NCBI GenBank assembly: GCA_018238375.1
Contig: JABCTJ010000038.1
Span: 1-46,529, forward strand
DNA: 46,529 nucleotides
Source: Candidatus Thorarchaeota archaeon
GTDB lineage: Archaea > Asgardarchaeota > Thorarchaeia > Thorarchaeales > Thorarchaeaceae
Reading direction: 5' to 3'
Shown: piece by piece, positions 10,018 to 18,673 of the stretch
Position numbering within the stretch: position 1 is the first letter of the stretch
How the letters are laid out: every line of letters starts with the position of its first letter
Program-made: the position numbers and the translations under genes
Notes under the pieces: model-generated
Seen by the model: only the letters and a program-made list of their open reading frames with translations
Told to the model about the DNA's origin: nothing
Databases searched by the model: none

Positions 10018-10299
10018 TTAAGGGTTTTGGCGTGTGTCACTCACGGATTCGACAGCCATCTTACAGCCAGACACCCACGCTAAATAGGAGTTCATTGCAG
10101 CCCTTAAGGCGGTGAGGTCTCCTGCTGTAAGTTCGATGATTAGGGTAGCACCCTCAACTGAAATGCTGGCGCCGCACCTGTCTGTAGGGGATGCGTCGAT
10201 TTCTGGTAAGAGAGCAGATTGTATCATTTTAGCCAATTCGTCCGATTCCAAATCAATGGAAAGCGTTGCACTTGCACTTTGAACTAACTTTGAGGTCAT
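10018..10299 (-). CDS. pcc1: KEOPS complex subunit Pcc1 (start moved to the ATG at 10299)
   Basis: A.MI..AL.PE and A.DLTALRAAMNSYL.W motifs; lies between Brix and pfdB. Confidence 0.88.
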   Translation of the reverse strand: MTSKLVQSASATLSIDLESDELAKMIQSALLPEIDASPTDRCGASISVEGATLIIELTAGDLTALRAAMNSYLAWVSGCKMAVESVSDTRQNP

Positions 10300-10420
10300 G
10301 GTTTCCGCACTCTGCGTTAATAGCTGTTCTTGGTGATTATTCTCGTAAAAGGACTTCGAAACGAACTCGCTTGGTCCAATTGCCATGACATTTGCTGTTC
10401 TGCAATGAGCTGACGAAGAA

Positions 10421-10975
10421 CTAAGCGGTAACCGAGGTGATCCTCATCCTCGGCCCGAGCTCAAGACCATCTTTTGCATGATAATGCGTCCAGAGGATCT
10501 TGCCAGTCGGAAGGTCTTGAAGCCACACTGTTACCTTATTCATGCCTTTTGATCCAACAGCCATAATTTCCGTTGATTCAACAATGGGCGTATCTAGGAG
10601 ATTGCTCAGCATTTCAGCGATTGCTCTGGTCTGTTCACTAGCTCCACTCTGGACGGCTATTGAATGGATATTGCGCATCTGCGGACTGCGGGAGGAGGTC
10701 ACCTCGCGGCGAAGCTTAGCACTCTCCATCCGCACTTCCATTAGCTGTCCTCCATCTGGCGATAAAATTTGTAGACTCCTCGGATTTCCCTTGAAAAGCG
10801 ATACTACAATAGCAGCACTTGCTCTCGACTGTTTGATTCGTGATGAAAGTTCGGCTATGCTCATTCCGCCGCGGTTGAATCGCTCAGTGCCGGGTAGCAC
10901 AGTCCAGAGGTCGCGTACAAAAGAGCGAACTCTGTTGGATGTCCGTCGAGAAGTTGTGATTAGGATAGATGGCAT
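10421..10975 (-). CDS. Brix/Imp4-domain ribosome biogenesis protein
   Basis: ILITTSRRTSNRVRSF..DL, NRG.MS, GNP, ELGPRM; start MPSIL follows a GAGGGA RBS. Confidence 0.88.
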   Translation of the reverse strand: MPSILITTSRRTSNRVRSFVRDLWTVLPGTERFNRGGMSIAELSSRIKQSRASAAIVVSLFKGNPRSLQILSPDGGQLMEVRMESAKLRREVTSSRSPQMRNIHSIAVQSGASEQTRAIAEMLSNLLDTPIVESTEIMAVGSKGMNKVTVWLQDLPTGKILWTHYHAKDGLELGPRMRITSVTA

Positions 10976-11016
10976 CAAGGTTCCCTCAGTTATGGAACCC
11001 ATTACGAGATTCGCGT

Positions 11017-11442
11017 CTACTCTTGGCCCTCTTCTGGGGAAACCTCTAGAGTTTCCGTTTCGAGCCCTTCATCCACCTCAATAGGAGAGGTTTCTGTGGA
11101 TTCCTCAATCTCTTTCGAGAGAGGCGTCATGAACTCCGGAACAACTTCCTCGTCATCACTTCTGAGAGCAAGGAAGTCACCAGCAACTCTCTGGGCTATG
11201 ACTCGCTTTGCGGCCTTCCCAGCGTCTGTGAAGGGAACGTACGCTCCTCCAGCAAAGAGAAGCTCACACTTTCTGCATCTCCAGAGACCAACGGCCACAC
11301 GCCTGAGAGCCTTGGTGGCACACGCTGGACAGCGCACTGGCTCTGCACGCTTCCTATCGATATCAAGAACTCTGCGCCGTAGTTTGGCCCCATACCTAAC
11401 GCCATATCGTCCTGTACTACCGACTTTTTTCGTTCTTGCCAA
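11017..11442 (-). CDS. rpl37ae: 50S ribosomal protein L37Ae (eL43) with an acidic C-terminal extension
   Basis: RTKKVGSTGRYGVRYG, C4 zinc ribbon CPAC...CRKC, FAGGAY; TTG start. Confidence 0.95.
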   Translation of the reverse strand: MARTKKVGSTGRYGVRYGAKLRRRVLDIDRKRAEPVRCPACATKALRRVAVGLWRCRKCELLFAGGAYVPFTDAGKAAKRVIAQRVAGDFLALRSDDEEVVPEFMTPLSKEIEESTETSPIEVDEGLETETLEVSPEEGQE

Positions 11443-11555
11443 TGTCTTGGTCTCCTAGATCCCTTTCCCGACTCAAATTGAGGCGTTTTGGATAGCGCTG
11501 CAGGATTCTATCACTCGCCCATGTGTTTGGCTTATTAGCCTATCTATCAGTATGC

Positions 11556-11583
11556 GAAGAAGAGGAGCAAGGGCAGTGCCCTT
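11556..11583 (-). terminator. Hairpin plus pyrimidine tract just after rrp42 (possible terminator or processing site)
   Basis: Perfect inverted repeat AAGGGCA-G-TGCCCTT (11569-11583), followed on the minus strand by GCTCCTCTTCTTC. Confidence 0.4.
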
Positions 11584-11590
11584 ACTGGTT

Positions 11591-12424
11591 TCATTTCTTC
11601 TTTCTGGCCTTTATGGTTTCCTTGATGAGCTTTTGCAAATCCTGAGCACGATCAATCGCCATGGTCAGTGAGGTTTCAATCTCATCAAGTGTGAGGGGGC
11701 CGGAACCGCCACCCTTTTGCATGGCTCTCAGCTTATCGTCCTTGTCGACCGCCATTGTAAGTCGACAGCCCTGCACCATCTCCTCCTTCAGAGATGGGTC
11801 AATCACCAGATGACGACCAATCCTCGAAACAGTAACCTCAACTGCTGAGTTCTGGATCGGTAGATCCAGTTTCTTCCCTGTTGGGACTGCGCTGCCATCC
11901 TCCCACTTATACTCATCGAACTTTGTGGTGTGCAATGCTGCAGATACTGCCAGTGAGGATGCATCAATCAGATTACCATCGTACTCCAGAGGATATACAT
12001 CAGCAAATACCATATACACCTTCTTTCCAGGCTCAATACACAGTTTCTTGGTGTCAATCATCTCGCTCTCGCGAACACCCCTGTCGACCACTCTAGCGAG
12101 CTCAATAGCGGGCTCCTTAGGTGGTCCAAGCTCGAACAGTGGTGAGGCAAGTGGTTGCAGCTCCGCAGTCACCATCATGACTCCTTTGTCCGGTGAGTCT
12201 CCGTAGGGCTCCCCTAGGAGTACTTTTACTCCAGCAATTACGCTTGTGTTTCCGAGATGTACAAGAGCCGAACCCTCGGCTTTCGCAGCAACAACATCGA
12301 GCTCAATCACGGTGTTTCTACACTCGTTAAAGGCTCTGCCGTCTATTCGCTTTCCTGCGTCGAGCAAATTCGCAACATAATCGCGGTCAATGTGGCTTAT
12401 GACTTCAGCACTATAGTCACCCAT
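11591..12424 (-). CDS. rrp42: Exosome complex component Rrp42
   Basis: GKRIDGR, AEGSALV.LG.T, ELARVVDRG.RES, DGNLIDA, MQKGG. Confidence 0.95.
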   Translation of the reverse strand: MGDYSAEVISHIDRDYVANLLDAGKRIDGRAFNECRNTVIELDVVAAKAEGSALVHLGNTSVIAGVKVLLGEPYGDSPDKGVMMVTAELQPLASPLFELGPPKEPAIELARVVDRGVRESEMIDTKKLCIEPGKKVYMVFADVYPLEYDGNLIDASSLAVSAALHTTKFDEYKWEDGSAVPTGKKLDLPIQNSAVEVTVSRIGRHLVIDPSLKEEMVQGCRLTMAVDKDDKLRAMQKGGGSGPLTLDEIETSLTMAIDRAQDLQKLIKETIKARKKK

Positions 12425-12426
12425 GT

Positions 12427-13242
12427 CTATTCATCCTCCTCTCCTGCAATCTCGGCTTCGCCAAGATCGGTTTCCAAGTCGTCTTCGTATTCTTCGTCAT
12501 CCTCACCCTCAATCGCCACCTTCTTGGCGTATGCACGCTTCAGGGCTTCCTTCTGGAGCTCAAGAATGTACTTCATCGCAGTGACTCCCATCTCCATGGC
12601 CTCAACTAGTTCCTCCTTAGCGAAGGACCCATCCTGCTGCAGCAACGTGATTTCTCCAGTTGTGCCGAGCATGGCCATTGGCACATCGCCTCCACCGTAC
12701 TTGTCCTCCTCATCGCCCAAGTCAACCAAAAGCTTGCCTTCCGCCTTGCCTACGGCAACAGCTGGCACTAGAGTCTTCATTGGTATGCCTGCGTCTGCAA
12801 GGGCCAAGGAAGCTGCGTTAATTGCCGCACATCTAGTACCGCCATCAGCTTGTATTACTTGGATGAAGACATCCACAACTGCGCGGGGGTAGTCTTCCAA
12901 GAAGAGGGCGGGTTTCAATGCATTAGCGATGACCATAGAGATTTCTCGTTCTCTTCGAGATGGTGCTGGCCTTTTCCTGTCAGGGACAGAAAAGGTGGCC
13001 ATACGATAAACGCATCTAAGATAGGCCCGGTCATTTATGGTCAAGTGTCGGGGATGAAGCTCCCGGGGGCCATATACGGCAGCCAAGATGTAGGTATTGC
13101 CTTGCCGAATAGATGCTGAACCATCAGCTTGTTTCAGTACACCGACCTTCAGTTCGATAGGTCGCATCTCGTCAGTTCTTCTGCCATCAATTCTCAATCC
13201 TTCGGGATTGATAAGAAAGTCTGGCTTTGTTTCCGGACTCAT
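12427..13242 (-). CDS. rrp41: Exosome complex exonuclease Rrp41
   Basis: RIDGR, ADGSA, VYGPRE.HP, PSRRE.EIS, ADGGTR, EED..G..D catalytic region. Confidence 0.96.
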   Translation of the reverse strand: MSPETKPDFLINPEGLRIDGRRTDEMRPIELKVGVLKQADGSASIRQGNTYILAAVYGPRELHPRHLTINDRAYLRCVYRMATFSVPDRKRPAPSRREREISMVIANALKPALFLEDYPRAVVDVFIQVIQADGGTRCAAINAASLALADAGIPMKTLVPAVAVGKAEGKLLVDLGDEEDKYGGGDVPMAMLGTTGEITLLQQDGSFAKEELVEAMEMGVTAMKYILELQKEALKRAYAKKVAIEGEDDEEYEDDLETDLGEAEIAGEEDE

Positions 13243-14165
13243 TCTTCAGTCACTTCCTCCGTTGTATTATCATTATCCTTTGCAACCTCCGCTTCTTCAG
13301 CAGGGGCTGGTTCTTCGTCAGATGCCTTGGGCTCTGCCGGTTCCTCTATCGGGGCAGTTATCGCGTCCTCAGCATTCTCTTCTTCGACCAGAGGCTCCGG
13401 TTCTTCTTCTGTCGGCTCCACCTTCACGGGAGCTCTTGCTTCTTCTTCGGACTCGATTTCAGTTATCTTAGGAGCCTTTTCTTTCATGTCGGCTATCTCT
13501 TGATCAAGCATCGCACCGATTCTCTCAGTCAGCTTCGAAGTGTGCGCCTGCGCCTCAATCATCTTGAACGCTTTGATTGCCAAATTGAGAGTGGGGGTGT
13601 CAGGAGCGCGAACCCAAATCCGTCCATTCTGGGCAACCACTGCTTCAATTCGAAGCTTGTCCTTAATCATATTAATCATCGAACCCGACCGTCCGATTAC
13701 TCGTGGTATCTTTGCGGGACTAAAATCGAGAAGCTTACCTTCAACGAGCAGCCCCAGTCCTCTCCGTTTGAGCGTAAGGAATGGGCCGCTATTTCTGTCG
13801 AAGGCTGTGATTTCTGCTGCGATCACATCGCCAATGTCAAAATAGCGAGATATGTCATCGTCGTAAGGACGTCTTAGCGCATTGTTAGCGTGAAGTGATG
13901 CGCCATAAGGCCCGGTTATGTCGACCTTCCAGTTGTTTCCTGCAACTCTGGTAATAGTGCCTATCACAAGGTCACCCTCACTGGGGATGTACACCCCTTC
14001 AAGAGGAACTACTTTCACAGTATTTCCACGTAGTTCTGCGATACCTAGTAACGCCGAGTAAACCTTACCGTCCTCGTCATAGGTCCCCATGGAGGAGCGA
14101 TATCGACCCTCCGCAAGCAGTTCTCCGGGGACTACTACTTCTCTCTTCTTAAAATAAACAGCCAA
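13239..14165 (-). CDS. rrp4: Exosome RNA-binding protein Rrp4 with a long acidic tail
   Basis: VVPGELLA, YIP..GD.VIG (S1), KIPRVIGRSGSMI (KH), QNGRIW, AHTS.LT. Confidence 0.95.
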   Translation of the reverse strand: MAVYFKKREVVVPGELLAEGRYRSSMGTYDEDGKVYSALLGIAELRGNTVKVVPLEGVYIPSEGDLVIGTITRVAGNNWKVDITGPYGASLHANNALRRPYDDDISRYFDIGDVIAAEITAFDRNSGPFLTLKRRGLGLLVEGKLLDFSPAKIPRVIGRSGSMINMIKDKLRIEAVVAQNGRIWVRAPDTPTLNLAIKAFKMIEAQAHTSKLTERIGAMLDQEIADMKEKAPKITEIESEEEARAPVKVEPTEEEPEPLVEEENAEDAITAPIEEPAEPKASDEEPAPAEEAEVAKDNDNTTEEVTEE

Positions 14166-14241
14166 ATTTTTTCCCTCATTCCGTATTCATACTTTTTCGT
14201 TATTTTCTGATATTTACTAGATGTTTCGCATTCCGCGGATG

Positions 14242-14961
14242 TCATCTAACAACATCAATTCGTGTTTGTCCTTTTGTCAACTTGTTCAAGTCATCATAGA
14301 GAGCCTGTCTAAGAGATGCGGGCATCTCCACGAGCCCAGTCCATGAGCCATCCTGCCCCCAAGAATCAGATTTAATGACTCCAGCTTTTGCCACGATGTT
14401 GTACCCTTTGCCAGCAAACGAGGCGGGAAGCGTTATCCTTAGCTTAACACTCTCAAAGGAGATTGGTATTATCACTAGAAGGGCCTTCACCACTCGTGGA
14501 ACCTGTTCATCAACTCTAATGAAGGGGTCAACACTTACTTTAGCCTCTTCCATCGCTTGTCGAACTCGATCTGGTGGATGAGGATGCCCAGTTTGGGGAT
14601 TCATAGCTCTCTTAGATATGTCTTTGATGATTGCCTCGGTCTTCTCCTCAACTAGTTGGACTCTCTGTTCATGTGTTAGCTTGAACTCGCCGTGCTTGAG
14701 AATCTCAGGTGCTACCGTGAAGACCTCACTTGAACCAAAAGCATCTTTCACAAGAATGTCAGTGGCGCGCGATCCTCTTTTAGCGTCATCATAGATTTCG
14801 TAGGATTTCAGAATATCCTGCAAGGGTACATCTTCCCCACGTCTGTAATCAAACGCTAGGTCTGGGTCAACAAACAGCTCGAAACGGTTACCTTCCCGTT
14901 TAATGCCAATAACAACGGCATCCAGTTCGAGCCATTTATCTCCGCTTTTTCTGGAACCCAT
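14242..14961 (-). CDS. Ribosome maturation factor SBDS
   Basis: RFELFVDP, IY.DAKRG, NPQTGHPHPP.R..AMEEAK; lies between psmA and rrp4. Confidence 0.94.
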   Translation of the reverse strand: MGSRKSGDKWLELDAVVIGIKREGNRFELFVDPDLAFDYRRGEDVPLQDILKSYEIYDDAKRGSRATDILVKDAFGSSEVFTVAPEILKHGEFKLTHEQRVQLVEEKTEAIIKDISKRAMNPQTGHPHPPDRVRQAMEEAKVSVDPFIRVDEQVPRVVKALLVIIPISFESVKLRITLPASFAGKGYNIVAKAGVIKSDSWGQDGSWTGLVEMPASLRQALYDDLNKLTKGQTRIDVVR

Positions 14962-14979
14962 CAACTGTCAGGTCAACTC

Positions 14980-15714
14980 CTACGCTTTCTTTTCTGATTC
15001 TATGGGTGATAGATGGCGTTCTACTTCCTTGTGGGAGAGCTTGTAGAAGGTTCCTGTGCTTACAGGAATCTTAGCAATCTCCACATTCATGGAAGTTAGC
15101 TCAGCATCGGTAGTCTGACGAAGAGTATCTAGGGCAAGATTGATTGCCTGTGCAATCTTCATCTTGGGTTTGTAATGCGCTTCGAGATATTCGCCAGTTC
15201 TGTTGCTCCCCCGGCCAATCACAGCCGCTAGGAAACCCCAGAATGTACCTACCGGATCGGTAACGAACAGTCTGGGTGAATTATCATGATCAACCGAGCC
15301 AATAATCATTGCAACGCCATAGGGACGTGCACCGCCGGTCTGTGTGAACTGCCCCTTGATGTCACAAATGTATTCAGCCACAGCTTCACCAGGGACGGGT
15401 TCTTCAAAGGTCAGCCAATATGACTGCGCTTTTATCCGCGCATTTGCAATTAGTTTTCTTGCGTCAGCCATGAGACCCGATGTAGCGATCCCAAGGTGGT
15501 CATCTATCTTGGAGATCTTCTCCACGCTGTCTGGCTCCTGCAGCGGCTTCGTAATCTTTTCAGCAAGCAGTACAACACCCGCATCGCAGAGAATCCCAAT
15601 AGAGGTTGCTCCCTGTTCCACTGCCTTCTTTGCATATTCGGCCGCAAAGATTCTGCCTTCGGGACTGAATATGCTGGTACTCGTATCGTACCCAGCACCA
15701 GAAATGCCAAACAC
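14980..15714 (-). CDS. psmA: Proteasome alpha subunit (GTG start at 15714 after a GGAGGA RBS)
   Basis: GYD....FSP.GR...EYA, EKI..IDDH, SGL.ADAR, GGARPYGV, TDP.G. Confidence 0.93.
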   Translation of the reverse strand: MFGISGAGYDTSTSIFSPEGRIFAAEYAKKAVEQGATSIGILCDAGVVLLAEKITKPLQEPDSVEKISKIDDHLGIATSGLMADARKLIANARIKAQSYWLTFEEPVPGEAVAEYICDIKGQFTQTGGARPYGVAMIIGSVDHDNSPRLFVTDPVGTFWGFLAAVIGRGSNRTGEYLEAHYKPKMKIAQAINLALDTLRQTTDAELTSMNVEIAKIPVSTGTFYKLSHKEVERHLSPIESEKKA

Positions 15715-15931
15715 TGCAATATTCCTCCAAATAGTCTCCAGCAATGCTCACAGGAAGCCAGAATCTCGTGCGATTGGCACTACCTGGCAGTTCCGGCAAG
15801 TACACATCGGACTGCCCAAGTGACACTAGCTCTAGGCTATTGTACACAAGGCTCAAACGGCTAGCTTCGAAATCGATTCATAAAGCTTCTGGTCTAGTTG
15901 TGCAACTTCCGCTAATCAATCCCAGCGAACT

Positions 15932-16360
15932 TCAGTCCTGAAGCATGTAAAGGTATACAAGGAATCCTATGGAAATTACAAGAGTGGCGACACCAATGTT
16001 AGCTTCGAACATCGCCCACGAAATCGCAGTCACCACAATCAGAGTAGTAATAACCTCAAGCCAACCGGCTCGTATCCCGGTGAAGTAGTGTCTAGAATTG
16101 ATGATAGTGACAACAAGAGCGATGAAGAACCCAACCATGAGCAGGGTCTCAATCACCGGAACTAGGAAGGGATTGATTTCTAAGAACCAGTTTACGGGAC
16201 TTGTGTCGATGACTTCAGGTGTAGACCAATACCAAAAGGCTGCTCCAAGTATCAAGAACACCAACGAGAATATCACTGTGATTATCGTGGATCGCACGAA
16301 CTCCTTTTTCTCAATCTCGTCGCTCACTGTGCCTAACACCGACCTTGGCTTCGGGGACAT
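15932..16360 (-). CDS. Hypothetical membrane protein (about 4 TM helices)
   Basis: 142-aa ORF with four hydrophobic segments; co-oriented with its neighbours. Confidence 0.65.
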   Translation of the reverse strand: MSPKPRSVLGTVSDEIEKKEFVRSTIITVIFSLVFLILGAAFWYWSTPEVIDTSPVNWFLEINPFLVPVIETLLMVGFFIALVVTIINSRHYFTGIRAGWLEVITTLIVVTAISWAMFEANIGVATLVISIGFLVYLYMLQD

Positions 16361-16402
16361 TTCTGTTTCCCACTTAAAGATACCGACAAGATAGCACTCG
16401 CT

Positions 16403-17443
16403 CTAGTGGTCATGACCTTCATGCGCGCTCGTGTCCAATGCTTCGCTGAGAACCAGAGTTGCTTCTTCGTCGTGCTGCGGAAGTTGGTCTAAGTCTATGC
16501 TTACGCGATCTCGTAGCCTCTTGATTTGCATTGCTACTACATACGAAAGGGCTGCGAGTATTCCTGCGATTGCGCTTGGCGAGGCACTAATTGTGAAGGA
16601 TGCAACCAATCCCATTAGCTCGGACAGTAATGCAATGATGAAAACAGCAATGAAAATGCCGCGAATTGATTTTATCAGCTCACTTGCTGCAGCAGCTGGT
16701 GCAACCATAATCGCGTAGACCAGAATTGCGCCCACGGCTTTAGTTGCAAGCGCAATTGCTAGAGCTGAGGTAATGAGCATGAGGTAATGGTAGGCTCGAG
16801 CATTCATACCGTGAGCAATGGATCCCTCCATGTCAACACTCACATAGATGAACTCTTTGTTGAATATGAGTGTAATCAGAACTAATAGTATGGCCGTTAC
16901 AGCCAAGAGAACTATGTCGAAGTTGTCAAGCAGAAGGATATCGCCGATGAGATACCCCCATATCTGCGGCACTTGCGTGGGAGGAATATAGTACATCAAA
17001 AAGACCGCTATACTCATAGAGAGAGCAAAAGACACACCAACGGCGACTTCCATCTTCTGTGTCATGCCAGTTTCCCCCGCATATCCGGTAACCAATGCAA
17101 CAAATACACTGAACAACAATGCTCCGAGAATTGGATCAAACCAAGGCACCAGACCTGAATGCTGCAGGAATAGACCGAGTGCGGCGCCACCCAAGGCAGC
17201 ATGAGCAACTCCGGAAGTCATGAAGGAGAGACCTCGAAAGACAAGGAATGTGCCACTAGTAGAGGCAACTACTGCAATCAGGAGAGCACCAATCAGAGCA
17301 CGCTGCACAAAGGGAACCGAGAGAGCTTGAATCAAAAGATCAATGATGGCGATCAACTCCTGAGTCGTGTGTAACACAGTATCTGTGTCCTGCATACTCG
17401 ATGACTTTTGCAGTGGGCCCGTAGACCTTCTCCAAAAGATCAA
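16403..17443 (-). CDS. znuB: Metal ABC transporter permease (ZnuB/MntB family); true start probably near 17330-17360
   Basis: F.QRAL, G.F.V.R..SF...GVAHAALGG, YLIGDIL, VGAILV.A..VAPAA; ends in AHEGHDH. Confidence 0.9.
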   Translation of the reverse strand: MIFWRRSTGPLQKSSSMQDTDTVLHTTQELIAIIDLLIQALSVPFVQRALIGALLIAVVASTSGTFLVFRGLSFMTSGVAHAALGGAALGLFLQHSGLVPWFDPILGALLFSVFVALVTGYAGETGMTQKMEVAVGVSFALSMSIAVFLMYYIPPTQVPQIWGYLIGDILLLDNFDIVLLAVTAILLVLITLIFNKEFIYVSVDMEGSIAHGMNARAYHYLMLITSALAIALATKAVGAILVYAIMVAPAAAASELIKSIRGIFIAVFIIALLSELMGLVASFTISASPSAIAGILAALSYVVAMQIKRLRDRVSIDLDQLPQHDEEATLVLSEALDTSAHEGHDH

Positions 17444-18143
17444 TATCCATCATGTCGCAGGGAGTGCCAACACCAACAACTGTGTTCTTCAGCAGTAACA
17501 CATCTTGGACCAGTGTGTGAATTGGGTTGAGATCGTGTGTGACCATAACTATGCTTACTTCATGCTCATTACGATAATCACCGAGCGCCTCCACAATCAT
17601 GTCTTGACTCTCATGGTCAGTCCCAGCGAGAGGCTCATCCAGCATCAGGATAGGTCCATCACCCGCGAGAGCTCTAGCAACCAACACTCTCTGACGTTGC
17701 CCACCTGAGAGTTCAGGAAAGGGTCGATCCCAGAAGTCTGCCATGTTCACTCTCTTCAGCGACTCCCGAGCCATTTTCTTATCCTTGGAAGATGCGAATC
17801 GTGGCGGCGGCTTCTTCAGCAACCTAGACATCAGTACGATATCTTTGACTTTCAGAGGCACAGAAAGCCCAATACGGTCTCGCTGAGGTACATAACGAAC
17901 AAGCTTTCGTATCTTCTTGCTCTCTCGAACTGAGTCATAACCAAGGACCTTCACTTGTCCCCGAACGGGTTTAATTAGACCCAAAGATGTCTTTAGCAGA
18001 GTACTTTTGCCTGAACCATTTGGTCCGACTATGGCCATGAATGTGGGCGACTCGATGTGAAAATTTACATTGTAGAGAGCTAGCTCTCCGTTGGGGTACT
18101 TCACTGCCAAGTCATTGACTTCGAAAAGGAACTGTTGCTCCAT
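17340..18143 (-). CDS. znuC: Metal ABC transporter ATPase (ZnuC/MntA family)
   Basis: GPNGSGKSTL, YVPQR, LSGGQRQRV..ARAL, LDEP..G.D, VTHDL; start MEQQ after a GGAGGT RBS. Confidence 0.92.
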   Translation of the reverse strand: MEQQFLFEVNDLAVKYPNGELALYNVNFHIESPTFMAIVGPNGSGKSTLLKTSLGLIKPVRGQVKVLGYDSVRESKKIRKLVRYVPQRDRIGLSVPLKVKDIVLMSRLLKKPPPRFASSKDKKMARESLKRVNMADFWDRPFPELSGGQRQRVLVARALAGDGPILMLDEPLAGTDHESQDMIVEALGDYRNEHEVSIVMVTHDLNPIHTLVQDVLLLKNTVVGVGTPCDMMDIDLLEKVYGPTAKVIEYAGHRYCVTHDSGVDRHH

Positions 18144-18147
18144 CTTG

Positions 18148-18540
18148 CTATACCTCCACCAGACGCGTCTGCACACTAGCTACATGTTTCTGGCTTCGCA
18201 GCTCATTGGCAAAAGAATACAATTCGTTAGCTTCGCCACTTGCCACTACAACCTCGAAACATCCGCCTTGCGCAGCGTGGGCATGCATGGTTGCTGTTAT
18301 CAACGGGCTATACTTATGCTGCACGCGGTTGCACTGGTCATCCTTACCCCGCTCCCCGTAGACTACAATCATGATTGCAGTGACTTCCCCCTTAGCCTGC
18401 TCGAGGGACTTGTGCTCCGCAAGGAGAGCGTGGAGCGCGTGCCTGATAGCACCTGATCGACTAGGAAACCCAGCATTATTATGAAGCTCATCTAATGCAA
18501 CGAGATCTGACTTGGACATGGAAATAGCCACGATTGGCAA
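18148..18540 (-). CDS. nikR: NikR-family ribbon-helix-helix metalloregulator (TTG start after GAGGTG)
   Basis: RHH N-terminus (PIVAISM...SRS.AIR.A); metal site QH...HAH.....C.E matches NikR H76/H87/H89/C95. Confidence 0.88.
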   Translation of the reverse strand: MPIVAISMSKSDLVALDELHNNAGFPSRSGAIRHALHALLAEHKSLEQAKGEVTAIMIVVYGERGKDDQCNRVQHKYSPLITATMHAHAAQGGCFEVVVASGEANELYSFANELRSQKHVASVQTRLVEV

Positions 18541-18599
18541 GATTAACACCTCTAGATTCTGCATTCAAATGCTCGAGAACCATTCGTTCTATGACCTTT

Positions 18600-18673
18600 C
18601 ATTTGCAAACACTTAATAATTTGACGCTATGAAGTTAATAATATGCCCAATTGATACAAACGGGTGAGAAACC
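18600..18673. promoter_or_regulatory. AT-rich divergent promoter between nikR and the metal-binding protein gene, with two TTAATAAT copies
   Basis: TTAATAAT at 18613-18620 and 18635-18642; GGTGA RBS before the ATG at 18674. Confidence 0.45.

Noticed and set aside
12257-13877. Long antisense ORFs (12257-12892, 13227-13877; similarly 10542-11084 and 44811-45290)
   Set aside because: Shadows of conserved genes; their Ser/Phe/Leu-rich composition mirrors Glu/Lys codons on the coding strand
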